A DNA stretch of 64,000 nucleotides, taken from positions 4,978-68,977 of the forward strand of contig DATJOF010000016.1 in the NCBI GenBank assembly GCA_035507415.1, written 5' to 3'. The notes under the pieces were generated by a model. It had not been told where the DNA came from and did not search any database. It was given only the letters and a program-made list of their open reading frames with translations. Position numbers and translations under genes: made by a program. This DNA comes from Solirubrobacteraceae bacterium. Lineage in GTDB: Bacteria > Actinomycetota > Thermoleophilia > Solirubrobacterales > Solirubrobacteraceae. Positions 51,251 through 61,295 of the stretch are shown piece after piece; within the stretch, counting starts at the first letter, position 1; each line of letters begins with the position of its first letter.

Positions 51251-52741
51251 TCAGCGCCGGGCCGGCAAAGCTGGGCGTCGTGGCAGCGCAGACTCGCCAT
51301 CGCCCACCGTTGGCACGAGCGCCTGAACGGAGGCCGGGAGTCGCACGACGAAGCGCGCGCCGTGGGGCGCGTGGTTCACCACCGTGGCGCTGCCGCCGTG
51401 AGACTCGGCCACGGCCTTGACGATCGCGAGCCCGAGTCCGAACGAGCCGCCGCGATCGCCGGCGCCGCGCACGAAGCGCTCGAACAGGGTCGGCAGCAGC
51501 TCGTCCGGCACGCCGGGCCCGTCGTCCTCGACGATCAGCTCGACCGAGCCATCCTGGACGCGGGTCGATACGCGGATCTCGGTTCCCGGAGGCGTGTGGC
51601 GCAGCGCGTTCTCGAGCAGGTTGATCGTCAGCCGGTGCAGCTCGTCGCGCGCGCCCTGAAGCGGCGCGGGCGACACGTCGAGGACGATCTCGTGGGCGGC
51701 GCTGACCGGACCGAGCTCGCCGGCGGCCTCGACCACGATCTGGGCGAGGTCGCAGGGCTCGTGCGCCACCACGCGGCCGACGTCGGTGCGCGCCAGCAGC
51801 AGCAGATCGGCGACGAGGCGGCGCATCCGTTGCGAGGAGCGCAGCGCCGAGCGGGCGGCATCGCCCTCCTCGCCGTGCAGGGCGTCGGCCAGCAGCTCGA
51901 GGTTCGCGAGCACGCTCGTGAGCGGCGTGCGCAGCTCGTGCGAGGCGTCGGCGACGAAGCGGCGCTGACGGGCGAGCATCGCCTCGGTCTCCGAGCGGGC
52001 GGCGTCGAGCTCGCGCAGCATGCCCTGCAGGGTGTGTGCGAGTTCGCCAACCTCGTCGTGAGCGGCGGGCTCGGGAACGGTGCGCGAAGGGTCGCGGGTG
52101 CGCGCGATCTCCTCGGCCGTCGAGGTCAGCTGCGCGATCGGCGCCATCGCCCGGCGCGCGATCATCGTCCCGGCGAGCAGCGCGAAGCCCGCGCCGGCGA
52201 GCACGCCGAGCAGCAGGAACAGCTCGACGCGCGCGACCGTCGAATTGGTGTCGGCCAGGGAACGACCGTACTGGATGATGACGCGACCGATCGGTTCGTC
52301 GCTCGAGGCGATGCTGACCGTGGCGGGCCTGCTGATCACGCGATAGCCGTTGACGGTGCTGACGCCGATCGTGGGCGATCCGAGCGACGGAGCGCCGCTG
52401 GGCGCCTGTTCGATCAGGTCGCCGCCTTCGGTGTAGACGCGGATGATCGAGTCGTGCTCGGGATACACCAGCGCGGCCAGCGGCGGCTGGATTTTTTCGA
52501 TTTCGTAGGTGTCCGGGTTGACTCTGATCGTGAGCTGCGAGGAGAGCCCGCGCGCCGTCTGTTCGACCTGACGATCGAAGTCGGAGCGGATGCGGTCGAT
52601 CGTGAGCGAGCCGATCGCGATCGCGAACGCGCACAGGATCAGAAAGGTCAGCAGCGCCGAGACGCCGGCCAGCCGCACGCGGATCGGCAGGCGGTCGAAC
52701 GCTGCCGAAGCGCGCCTGCCCGCGCGGCGGGCGCCGGCCAA
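51251..52741 (-). CDS. HAMP-domain sensor histidine kinase (MprB/CseC-like); start uncertain
   Basis: Two TM helices, HAMP domain, DASHELRTPL, NLLENA, DDGPG and GLGLAIV motifs. Confidence 0.92.
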   Translation of the reverse strand: MAGARRAGRRASAAFDRLPIRVRLAGVSALLTFLILCAFAIAIGSLTIDRIRSDFDRQVEQTARGLSSQLTIRVNPDTYEIEKIQPPLAALVYPEHDSIIRVYTEGGDLIEQAPSGAPSLGSPTIGVSTVNGYRVISRPATVSIASSDEPIGRVIIQYGRSLADTNSTVARVELFLLLGVLAGAGFALLAGTMIARRAMAPIAQLTSTAEEIARTRDPSRTVPEPAAHDEVGELAHTLQGMLRELDAARSETEAMLARQRRFVADASHELRTPLTSVLANLELLADALHGEEGDAARSALRSSQRMRRLVADLLLLARTDVGRVVAHEPCDLAQIVVEAAGELGPVSAAHEIVLDVSPAPLQGARDELHRLTINLLENALRHTPPGTEIRVSTRVQDGSVELIVEDDGPGVPDELLPTLFERFVRGAGDRGGSFGLGLAIVKAVAESHGGSATVVNHAPHGARFVVRLPASVQALVPTVGDGESALPRRPALPARR

Positions 52742-52775
52742 AAGGCCCGGGTCGGGCTGCGGGCGAGGGCCGGGT

Positions 52776-53465
52776 TCAGGCTCGGAGGACGTAGCCCGCC
52801 CCCCGGATCGTGTGCAGCAGGCGCGGCTCGCCCTCGGCCTCGAGCTTGCGGCGCAGGTTCGAGACGAACACCTCGATCGTGTTGGTCGTCGAGAACGGGT
52901 CATAGCCCCAGACCTCGTCGAGCAGACGCTGGCGCGAGATGACGATGCGCTCGTTGCGCATCAGGTACTCGAGCAGCTCGAACTCGCGCTGGGTCAGATC
53001 GATCTCGCGTTCGCCCCTGACCACCTCGTGCGTGTCGACGTTCAGCGACAGGTCGGCGACGCGCAGCGGGGCCGAGCCGCGCGGAGGCCTGCGGCGCAGC
53101 AGCGCGCGCATGCGAGCGAGCAGCTCCTGGCGCTCGAACGGCTTGACGAGGTAGTCGTCGGCTCCGGCGTCGAGACCCTCGACGCGCGACTCGAGCGCGT
53201 CGCGTGCGGTCAGGATCAGGATCGGGACGTCGTCGTCGGCGCGCAGCGCGCGCGCCACCTCGATCCCGTCGAGGCCGGGCAGCCCCAGGTCGAGGATCAC
53301 CAGGTCGGGGGCGAACGCGCGGCCGTGCTCGAGCGCGGCGGGGCCGTCGCCCGCGGCGCGAACCTCATAGCCCTCCATCCGCAACGACCGTTGCAGCGCC
53401 TGCGCGATGTCCTCGTCGTCCTCGACGACCAGCACGCGCGGGGCGCGGGAGAAATCGGTGCTCAT
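52776..53465 (-). CDS. OmpR-family response regulator (MprA-like)
   Basis: VLVVEDD, DLGLPG.DG, LTARD, GADDYLVKPF, EVFVSNLRRKLE and TIRGAGY motifs. Confidence 0.95.
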   Translation of the reverse strand: MSTDFSRAPRVLVVEDDEDIAQALQRSLRMEGYEVRAAGDGPAALEHGRAFAPDLVILDLGLPGLDGIEVARALRADDDVPILILTARDALESRVEGLDAGADDYLVKPFERQELLARMRALLRRRPPRGSAPLRVADLSLNVDTHEVVRGEREIDLTQREFELLEYLMRNERIVISRQRLLDEVWGYDPFSTTNTIEVFVSNLRRKLEAEGEPRLLHTIRGAGYVLRA

Positions 53466-53566
53466 GCTGAGAATCTCATGATCGTGACCTGCATCTTTAA
53501 GTATCGACCTGCAAGTAAAGCGTGCGTAAGGCAGGTTCCGAAGGCCGAGCGTCGAAGCTGCCCACG

Positions 53567-56197
53567 ATGCCTGCACACAGGAAACGGTCGCCTGCCCGGC
53601 GGACGACCAAAAAGCGCCCGGCGCGCAGGCCGGCGCGCCGAAACCGGGTGGGTCTCAGCCTGCGCGGGCTGGTGCGGGCACCGTTCTCGCTGCGCCTGCC
53701 GCAGCTCGAGCAGCGCCAGCGCGACGTGCTCGGGTTCGCGGCGATCGCGCTCGGGGTGTACATGTGCTTCGTGCTGTACAGCGTGGGCGGCTCGCCGAGC
53801 GCGGGCGGGTTGGGAGGTGGGCTGTCCGAAGCGCTCGGCTGGTGCGTGGGCAAAGCCAGGGTGCTTGCCCCGCTGGCGCTGATCGCCGCTGGCGGTGTGT
53901 TGCTGGCGCGCCCGCTGTGGCCGCGCCCGCTGCGGGCGGGCCTGATGTGTGTCGCGGCGGCGATCACCACGGCGCTCGCGGCGGGCACGTTCGGCGCCGG
54001 GCCGGGACCGAATCCAAAGACCGGCGAATCGTCCTGGTCGGGCGTGTTCCTGCAGGCGCACGGGGGCGTGATCGGCGAGGCGATCTACCAGGTTTCGCGC
54101 CGGCTCGTGCAGAACGTCGGGGTGGACATCCTCGTGCTGTTCCTGGCGCTGGCGGGCATCAGCCTGCTGACCGCGATCTCGCCGGCGCGCGTCGTGCGCG
54201 CGGCGGCGGCGCGCACGAGTGCGATCGCGGCGCTGGCAGGCCGTCGTCTGGCGCGCGCGCGTTCGTCGCGCGGACGTGCACCGGCCCAGGCGCGAGCCTC
54301 CTCGGCGCGGGCGCACGAGCCGCTCGACGCGCTCGCGCTGGATGCGCTCGCGAGCACCGGTGGCTCAGCCATGCAGCTCGAGCCCCCCGACCCGGAGCCG
54401 TCCCAGCTGGTCGTGCGGGCCACACACGTCGAGGCGCCCTCACAGGACCGCCCGGAGCCGGCGGGCGCGGACGCAGCCACGAGCGAGTCGGCGCCTGGCG
54501 ATGGCGACGAGCACGACCCGGGCGCCGGCGCGCACGAGCCGGCGGCGGCTGCCGGGCGTCAGGCAGGCGGCGTCGCCGCCGCAGCGGACGACTCACAGGA
54601 ACGGCCGGCGGAGGCGATCGCCGGCGTCGCTGCGACCGACCCGGAGGATGATCTGACTCCACGCGGGCGCTACCGCGACGCGCGCATCGCCGATCCGGAC
54701 TTCGTCTGGAAGCTGCCCGAGGCGGCGCGCCTGCTGACGCGCTCGACCGGTGAGCAGGCGCGACCGGACACCGCCGGAGCGGAGCGAATCGCCGCGAGCC
54801 TGACCGAGGCGCTCGGTCACTTCGGCGTCGAGGCGAAGGTGATCGGCACGGTGGCCGGCCCGCACATCACCAGGTACGAGCTGCGGCTCGCGCCGGGCAC
54901 GAAGGTGGCCAAGGTGGCGCAGCTCAAGGACGACCTCGCGTACGCGCTGGCGGCCACCGAGATCCGCATCCTGGCGCCGATTCCGGGCAAGCAGGCGGTC
55001 GGCGTCGAGGTCCCGAACCTGCGCCGACGGATCGTGCGCCTGGGCGATGTGTTCCAGCAGCCGCCGCCGGACTGGTCGCCGCTGACGGTCTGGCTCGGCA
55101 AGGACGTCGCGGGCAAGGCGATCGGCGCCGATCTCTCGAAGATGCCGCATTTGCTGGTCGCGGGCACGACCGGCGCCGGCAAGTCCGGTGCGATCAACGC
55201 GATGCTGTGCAGCGTGCTGCTGCGCGCGACGCCGCACGACGTGCGGCTCGTGCTGGTCGATCCCAAGCAGGTGGAGCTCAACCACTACGAGTCGATCCCG
55301 CACCTGCTCACGCCGGTGATCACCAGCCCGCGGATGGCCGCGAACGCCCTGCAGAACCTGGTCAAGGAGATGGAGCAGCGCTACGGCACGATGTCGCTGG
55401 CGCGCACGCGCAGCCTGGTCGAGCTGAACAAGGCGCGCGCCCGCCGCGGCGAAGCGCCGCTGCCGTACATCCTGTGCGTGATCGACGAGCTCGCGGACTT
55501 GATGATGGTTGCGCCCGCCGATGTCGAGGACTCGATCATCCGCCTGGCCCAGAAGGCGCGCGCGGTCGGCATCCATCTGGTGCTCGCCACGCAGAGCCCG
55601 CGCGTGGACGTGATCACGGGCATGATCAAGGCCAACGTGCCTTCGCGGATCGCGTTCGCCGTCTCCAGCCAGACGGACTCGCGCGTGATCCTCGACCAGA
55701 ATGGCGCCGAGTCGCTGCTCGGCCAGGGCGACATGCTGTTCAGCCCAGTGGGAAGCTCGCGGCTGCAGCGGATTCAGGGCGCGTACATCGACGAGCAGCA
55801 GATCGCCAAGCTGACCGAGCTGTGGCGCAGACAGGGCGAGCCGGAGCTGCGCGAGGAGCTGCTGGAGCAGGTCGAGCCGAGTGAGCCGGAGGGGGAGGGC
55901 GGCGACGAGCTGGACCCCGACGAGGATCCGCTGCTGGCCGACGCGATCACGTTGGTTGCCGAAATGGGAACGGCGTCGACCTCGATGCTGCAGCGTCGTC
56001 TGCGGCTCGGCTATACGCGCGCGGGCCGCCTGATCGACATGCTCGAGCGCAGGGGCGTGATCTCCGGCTACGAAGGCTCAAAGCCGCGACAGGTGCTGGT
56101 GAGCGAGGCCGACCTGCCGCGCGTGTTGGCGTCACTGACCGAGCCGCCCGCGAGGGCCGCCGCGAGCGTCGCCGACGGGCGGCCGGACGACTCCTGA
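53567..56197 (+). CDS. ftsK: DNA translocase FtsK
   Basis: 4TM N-terminus; PHLLVAGTTGAGKS, IDELADLM, ATQSP, LLGQGDML motifs; gamma domain STSMLQRRL. Confidence 0.97.
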   Translation: MPAHRKRSPARRTTKKRPARRPARRNRVGLSLRGLVRAPFSLRLPQLEQRQRDVLGFAAIALGVYMCFVLYSVGGSPSAGGLGGGLSEALGWCVGKARVLAPLALIAAGGVLLARPLWPRPLRAGLMCVAAAITTALAAGTFGAGPGPNPKTGESSWSGVFLQAHGGVIGEAIYQVSRRLVQNVGVDILVLFLALAGISLLTAISPARVVRAAAARTSAIAALAGRRLARARSSRGRAPAQARASSARAHEPLDALALDALASTGGSAMQLEPPDPEPSQLVVRATHVEAPSQDRPEPAGADAATSESAPGDGDEHDPGAGAHEPAAAAGRQAGGVAAAADDSQERPAEAIAGVAATDPEDDLTPRGRYRDARIADPDFVWKLPEAARLLTRSTGEQARPDTAGAERIAASLTEALGHFGVEAKVIGTVAGPHITRYELRLAPGTKVAKVAQLKDDLAYALAATEIRILAPIPGKQAVGVEVPNLRRRIVRLGDVFQQPPPDWSPLTVWLGKDVAGKAIGADLSKMPHLLVAGTTGAGKSGAINAMLCSVLLRATPHDVRLVLVDPKQVELNHYESIPHLLTPVITSPRMAANALQNLVKEMEQRYGTMSLARTRSLVELNKARARRGEAPLPYILCVIDELADLMMVAPADVEDSIIRLAQKARAVGIHLVLATQSPRVDVITGMIKANVPSRIAFAVSSQTDSRVILDQNGAESLLGQGDMLFSPVGSSRLQRIQGAYIDEQQIAKLTELWRRQGEPELREELLEQVEPSEPEGEGGDELDPDEDPLLADAITLVAEMGTASTSMLQRRLRLGYTRAGRLIDMLERRGVISGYEGSKPRQVLVSEADLPRVLASLTEPPARAAASVADGRPDDS

Positions 56198-56327
56198 GTG
56201 GAAACGGCGGGCTCGTGTGTCGAGCTGGCTCGCTCGCACCTTTGCGCGATCGGCGCCGAGACGACAGCCGCCTGCGGGTCGCCGGCGTGGCGCCTGCCCT
56301 GCTCAGCGCGAGCGACTAGCCTCTTAG

Positions 56328-57095
56328 GTGCATATGCCTGAGATCGGCGAGACGCTCCGCGAGGCGCGCATGCGCGGGCGCATCGATGTGTCTGAGATCG
56401 AGGCCGAGACGAAGATCCGCGCCAAGTACCTGCGGGCGCTCGAGAACGAAGAGTGGGATCTGCTGCCTGGGCCGACGTTTGTCAAGACGTTCCTGCGCAC
56501 CTACGCGGACGCGCTTGGCCTCGACGGCAAGGCGCTGGTCGAGGAGTATCGCAAGTCAGCCGAGCCTCCGAGTGATCCGATCGAGCCGATCGCACGCCCC
56601 TCGCGGCGCGTTCGGGGCTCCTCTGAGGGAGGCCCGTCGCGCGGGTACCTGGCGCTGGTGGCGGTCGTGTCGGTCGTGATCGTGCTGCTGATCGTGGGGC
56701 TCGTTTCGCGCGGCGGAAACGGCTCGACGAGCACGGGTACGACCGGTGCCGGCGCGGGCAAGCCGGCCGGCCGCCACGGGCATCGCACGCTCGCGGCAAG
56801 CCCGCCCGCGTCGCGGATCGTGACGGTCTCGATGCAGGCGACGGGCACTGTGTACGTGTGCCTGCTGGGCGAAGGTGGTCGTGTGCTCGTTCCGGGACGT
56901 ACGTTGACGGCGGGCGAGAAGACCCCCACCTTCTCCGCCAAGCACTTCGAATTGACGCTCGGCAACAACGCCGTCACGCTGCTGATCGACGGGACGCCGC
57001 GCCTGATACACGCGAGCCCCCAGGCGATCGGCTACTCGATCACCAAGGCCGGGCGCCGCACCCTCGAAGCGGGCCACCTGCCCACCTGCGCATGA
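56328..57095 (+). CDS. rodZ: RodZ-family HTH membrane protein
   Basis: IGETLREAR...[27 protein letters not shown]; one TM helix; follows ftsK. Confidence 0.88.
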   Translation: MHMPEIGETLREARMRGRIDVSEIEAETKIRAKYLRALENEEWDLLPGPTFVKTFLRTYADALGLDGKALVEEYRKSAEPPSDPIEPIARPSRRVRGSSEGGPSRGYLALVAVVSVVIVLLIVGLVSRGGNGSTSTGTTGAGAGKPAGRHGHRTLAASPPASRIVTVSMQATGTVYVCLLGEGGRVLVPGRTLTAGEKTPTFSAKHFELTLGNNAVTLLIDGTPRLIHASPQAIGYSITKAGRRTLEAGHLPTCA

Positions 57096-58474
57096 CCGAG
57101 CCGGGCGCTCAGCTGGACGAGCACGGCGCCCCGCGGGCCGGCCCGTCGGTCTCGGCGCACGACGGCCGGCCACACCGCGCCAGACCGCGCGCCGGCATCA
57201 TCGTCACCGGCAACGAGGTGCTCAGCGGGCGCGTTTCGGATCGCAACGGTCCGTGGCTGGCCGACCGCCTCGCCGAGCTGGGAGTGGATCTGGCGCACAC
57301 GGCGATCGTCGGAGACCGTCCGGCAGACATCGCTGCGACGCTCGAGTTCATGCGCGCCGAGGGATTCGCCCTGGTGCTGACGAGCGGCGGGTTGGGTCCG
57401 ACGGCGGATGACCTGACCGCCGAAGCGGTCGCTCGCTTTCAGGGTCGGGAGCTCGAACTCGACGAGGCGCTCGAGCGTCAGATCGCGGAGATCGTGCGCC
57501 CTCTGTCCGAACGCTGGCCGAACCTCGACCGCGACGCGATCGCGGCTGCGACGCGCAAGCAGGCGTTCGTGCCGCGCGGGGCGACGGTGCTCGCGCCGGT
57601 CGGTACGGCGCCCGGACTGGTGGTCGCTCCGGCTGCGCCCCAGACCGGGCCGACGGTCGTCGTGCTGCCGGGGCCGCCACGTGAGCTGCAGCCGATGTGG
57701 AGCACGGCGCTCGCGTCGGACGCGTTGCGAGCGGCGATCGCGAACGCGGGCACGTATGCGACCCGCACGTTGAGACTGTTCGGGATCCCGGAGTCGGAGA
57801 TCGCGCAGACATTGCGCGAGGCGCAGGCGCAGGGCGTCGAACTGGAGCGGCTCGAGATCACCACCTGCCTGAAACGGGGCGAGGTCGAGATCGTCACGCG
57901 CTATGAACCGCGACAGGCGCCGGTCTACGAGGCGTTCGAGCGGGTGGTCAGGGAACGCCATCCGGACACGCTGTTCTCGCAGGATGGAAGCACGGTCGAT
58001 CAGCAGGTCGCGGAGTCGCTGCGCGCGAAGAGCTGGACGGTGGCCGTCGCCGAGTCCTGTACCGGCGGCGAGCTCGCGGCTCGCCTCAGCGCTCCGGCGG
58101 GCGCTTCGGAGTACCTGGTGGGCGCGGTGGTCGCCTACTCGAACGAGGTCAAGGTCAGCGCCGTGGGCGTCGACGCGGCGCTGATCGAGCGCCACGGCGC
58201 GGTATCCGAGCAGGTGGCGCGAGCGCTCGCGCAGGGGGCGCGTGAGCGCCTTGGAGCCGAGGTCGGGGTCGGCGTCACCGGCGTCGCCGGTCCGGGCGGC
58301 GGCACCGAGCTGAAGCCCGTGGGCCTCGTGTGGCTGAGCGTCGCCGCGCCGGAGGGGCGCGGGCTGACGCGCTCGGTGAACCTTCCCGGCGGCAGGGCCG
58401 ACGTCCGTGATCGCGCCACGACGGTCGCGATGCACCTGATCAGGCGCCTGCTGCGGGGCGAGTCCGACGCGTGA
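57092..58474 (+). CDS. cinA: Competence/damage-inducible protein CinA (MocF-like plus NMN deamidase PncC)
   Basis: [43 protein letters not shown] and GAVS motifs. Confidence 0.95.
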   Translation: MTEPGAQLDEHGAPRAGPSVSAHDGRPHRARPRAGIIVTGNEVLSGRVSDRNGPWLADRLAELGVDLAHTAIVGDRPADIAATLEFMRAEGFALVLTSGGLGPTADDLTAEAVARFQGRELELDEALERQIAEIVRPLSERWPNLDRDAIAAATRKQAFVPRGATVLAPVGTAPGLVVAPAAPQTGPTVVVLPGPPRELQPMWSTALASDALRAAIANAGTYATRTLRLFGIPESEIAQTLREAQAQGVELERLEITTCLKRGEVEIVTRYEPRQAPVYEAFERVVRERHPDTLFSQDGSTVDQQVAESLRAKSWTVAVAESCTGGELAARLSAPAGASEYLVGAVVAYSNEVKVSAVGVDAALIERHGAVSEQVARALAQGARERLGAEVGVGVTGVAGPGGGTELKPVGLVWLSVAAPEGRGLTRSVNLPGGRADVRDRATTVAMHLIRRLLRGESDA

Positions 58475-59093
58475 GCGCTCGGCCAGCGCCCGTCTGTTCG
58501 TAGCGGTCGATCCGCCGCTCGACGTGCGCGAACAGCTCGCCGCGTGGGCGAGAGCATCGCTGCGCGGTCTCGGTGCACGCGCGGGCGCTCCCGCCTCCTC
58601 GCGCGTGCTCGATCCCGAGCTGCTCCACATCACGCTCTGCTTCCTCGGCAGCCGGCCGCTGGTCGAGCTCGAGGCGATCGGCGAGGCGCTCGCGAGCTGC
58701 ACCGAAGCGGTCGGCGCGCTGTCGCTCGGCGCGCCGCTGTGGCTGCCTGCCCGCCGCCCGCGCTCGCTCGCGGTCGAGGTTCACGACGACGAGGACGGCG
58801 GTCTGCGCGCCCTGCAGCACCGGCTGGTGGGAGCGCTCGAGCGTGCATGCGGCTTTCGCGAGGAGCGCCGACGCTTTCGCCCGCACGTGACCGTGGCGAG
58901 GATCCGCGACCATCCTGAACGCCGCGCGCGCGCAACGAGCGCGCGCCGAGGCGCAGGCGAGGAGCCGGCTGGCAAGCCGACGCTGCCACCTACGCCCGCG
59001 CTCTCGTTCGTCGCCGCGGAGCTCGTCCTGTATCGCTCATGGCTTTCGCCGGACGGCGCCAGCTACGAGGCGCTCGTCACGCAGGCGCTGTGA
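58471..59093 (+). CDS. thpR: 2H phosphoesterase ThpR (2',3'-cyclic phosphodiesterase) with an apparent 1-bp 5' frameshift
   Basis: [17 protein letters not shown] and FRPHVTVAR motifs; expected GTG 58471 is out of frame with the gene body. Confidence 0.8.
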
Positions 59094-59230
59094 GCGCGAT
59101 CGATACTCGCCAGGGCGCCGCCGGGGACTCTCCCAGCCGGCTCGCGCCAGGCCGTGGGCCCGGCGGTTCACACAAAACTATGAGCTACATCTATGCGGAC
59201 TCCCACCGCCGCGTAGGACCGTCCTTAGGG

Positions 59231-59283
59231 GTCGCCTGCACGCTTTCAGTGCACCCGAAGCCGAGATCGGATTCGGGCGCGAC
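59231..59283 (+). ncRNA. Candidate three-way-junction leader structure
   Basis: gtcgc/gcgac, tgcac/gtgca and cccgaa/ttcggg stems. Confidence 0.3.
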
Positions 59284-59314
59284 ACACGTAAACGACCCAG
59301 GAGAAACGATCGAA

Positions 59315-59707
59315 ATGAAGATCTCGAGAATGCTCGGAGCAACGATGGTCGCGGGCGCACTCGCCAGCGGCGGCGCGGCCGCCGGGATCGCCGGCGCCTC
59401 GGCCTCGACCGGTTCGAGCGACGGCGCGACGTCGAACGCGGCGACGCCCACCACGACGTCGTCCACGAGCACGAGCGCCACGCCGTCCACCACCCAAACC
59501 ACGACGACACCGACCACCACGACGCCGACCACGACGACCCCATCGACGACCACGCCCCCGTCGGATCCGAAATCGGGTACCCAGTCGAAATCGGGCTCGC
59601 ACCCGTGCCCGAACATGGGCTCGAGCTCGGGCAGCTCGGGTTCGTCCGGATCGAGCTCGGGCGCCAGTGGCCCTCCAGGCCCACCGCCCGGAGTCTCGTA
59701 TCAGTGA
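59315..59707 (+). CDS. Secreted Thr/Ser/Pro-rich low-complexity protein with a CPNM motif
   Basis: RBS aggaga; signal peptide; PTTTT repeats; single Cys. Confidence 0.8.
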   Translation: MKISRMLGATMVAGALASGGAAAGIAGASASTGSSDGATSNAATPTTTSSTSTSATPSTTQTTTTPTTTTPTTTTPSTTTPPSDPKSGTQSKSGSHPCPNMGSSSGSSGSSGSSSGASGPPGPPPGVSYQ

Positions 59708-59819
59708 CGATGACCCGCCGGAGCACCAGATCTGCCCGCGGGGCCGGCCGTACAGCCGGCGGGTAGACCGCGTCAGATGGTCGACTGGTCTCAGCCGGCC
59801 CCTGCCGGCCGATCGGAGA

Positions 59820-61220
59820 TCACATTCGATCTCCGATCGGTAGGCGTTCTCCGCCGGAGAGCGTCTGGCTGGTGGCGGCCGCGATCTCCACAGCCGCAAG
59901 CTCGCCGGGCGCCGCGAGGCCGCTGAAGTTGACGACCTTGTTGTGGCGCGTGCGCCCGCGCAGCAGCTCGGGGTCCGTGCGCGAGGGACCTTCGACAAGC
60001 ACCTCGAGCGTGCGCCCGACGAAACGCTGCGCGCGCGCGTGCGCGTGCCGCTGCACAGCCTCGACCAGGCGCTGCATCCGCTCGACCTTGACCGGCCTGG
60101 GCACGACTCCCTCGGTTATGCCGGCGGCCTCGGTTCCGCGGCGCGGTGAGAACAGGAAGGTGAACGCGCTGTCATAGCCGACGCGCTCGACCACGTCGAG
60201 CGTCTGCTCGAAGTCCTCGTCGGTCTCACCCGGAAAGCCGACGATGATGTCGGTGCTGAGCGCGGCGTCGGGAACGTGCTCGCGAATCTGGGCGACGCGG
60301 TCGAGGTAGCGCTCGCGATCGTAGGTGCGGCGCATCGCCTTGAGGATGCGGGTCGAGCCCGACTGCAGCGGCAGGTGGATGTGCTCACAGACGCTTGCCA
60401 GCTCGGCGTGCGCTCGGATCACATCCTCGCGCATGTCCTTCGGATGGGGACTGGTGTAGCGGATGCGATCGATTCCGTCGATCGCATCGATCGCCCGCAG
60501 CAGTTCGGCGAAGGTCGGCTTGCTCGCGCTCGCGCGCACGCCGGTCAGGGCCGCATCGATGGGCCGCGGGTCGGGCGTCGCCGCGATGGCCGGCAGGTCG
60601 CGCCCATACGAGTTGACGTTCTGGCCGAGCAGGGTCACCTCGCGCACGCCGTCGGCCGCCATCGCGCGGACCTCGTCGACGAGCTCGTCGAGCGGTCGCG
60701 AGACCTCGCGCCCGCGCGTCGAGGGCACGATGCAGTAGGAGCAGACACAGTTGCAGCCGACGCTGATCTGAAGCCAGCCCTGGAATGGGCGCTCGCGGCG
60801 CGCCGGCAAATGGCCGGTGAAGCCCTCGAACTCGAAGTATCCCTGCGCGCTGAGCGAGTCGCTCACGAGGAAGTCGGCAAGCCTGTGCACCTGGCCCGGC
60901 CCGAAGGCGACGTCGACGAACGGGAAGCGCTCGAACACCTCGTCCTTGACCGACTGCGCCCAACAGCCACCCACGCCTACGACCCGCTCGGGCCGTTCGC
61001 GCTTCAGCCGCTTGGCTTCGCCGAGGTGGGCGAGAAATCGGCTGTCGGCGGTCTCGCGGATCGAGCAGGTGTTGAACAGGATCACATCGGCGTCGCCGCG
61101 CGTCGGCGCCTCGCCGTAGCCGAGCGCCTCGAGCATGCCCTTCATCCGCTCGCTGTCGTGCTCGTTCATCTGACAGCCGAAGGTCGTCAGGTGATATCTC
61201 AGGCGTTGACCGACGGGCAT
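59820..61220 (-). CDS. miaB: tRNA-2-methylthio-N6-dimethylallyladenosine synthase
   Basis: TFGCQMN, NTCSIRE, GCWAQ, GCNCVCSYC, TDIIVGFPGE motifs and TRAM domain. Confidence 0.96.
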   Translation of the reverse strand: MPVGQRLRYHLTTFGCQMNEHDSERMKGMLEALGYGEAPTRGDADVILFNTCSIRETADSRFLAHLGEAKRLKRERPERVVGVGGCWAQSVKDEVFERFPFVDVAFGPGQVHRLADFLVSDSLSAQGYFEFEGFTGHLPARRERPFQGWLQISVGCNCVCSYCIVPSTRGREVSRPLDELVDEVRAMAADGVREVTLLGQNVNSYGRDLPAIAATPDPRPIDAALTGVRASASKPTFAELLRAIDAIDGIDRIRYTSPHPKDMREDVIRAHAELASVCEHIHLPLQSGSTRILKAMRRTYDRERYLDRVAQIREHVPDAALSTDIIVGFPGETDEDFEQTLDVVERVGYDSAFTFLFSPRRGTEAAGITEGVVPRPVKVERMQRLVEAVQRHAHARAQRFVGRTLEVLVEGPSRTDPELLRGRTRHNKVVNFSGLAAPGELAAVEIAAATSQTLSGGERLPIGDRM

Positions 61221-61295
61221 GGCTCGTTCAGAGAGTAGCCCGTCGAGCAACGCCGAGAACGACCGCGCGAGCGCGTCGCCCTGGGTGTTTCCAGC

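Noticed and set aside
53455-53490. ttctcagcatg shared between the response-regulator start and the pyrD 75-bp repeat; possible MprA-type TCTCAG box
   Set aside because: Only one good hexamer is present, with no proper direct repeat at 11-bp spacing; the 11-nt match was found post hoc.
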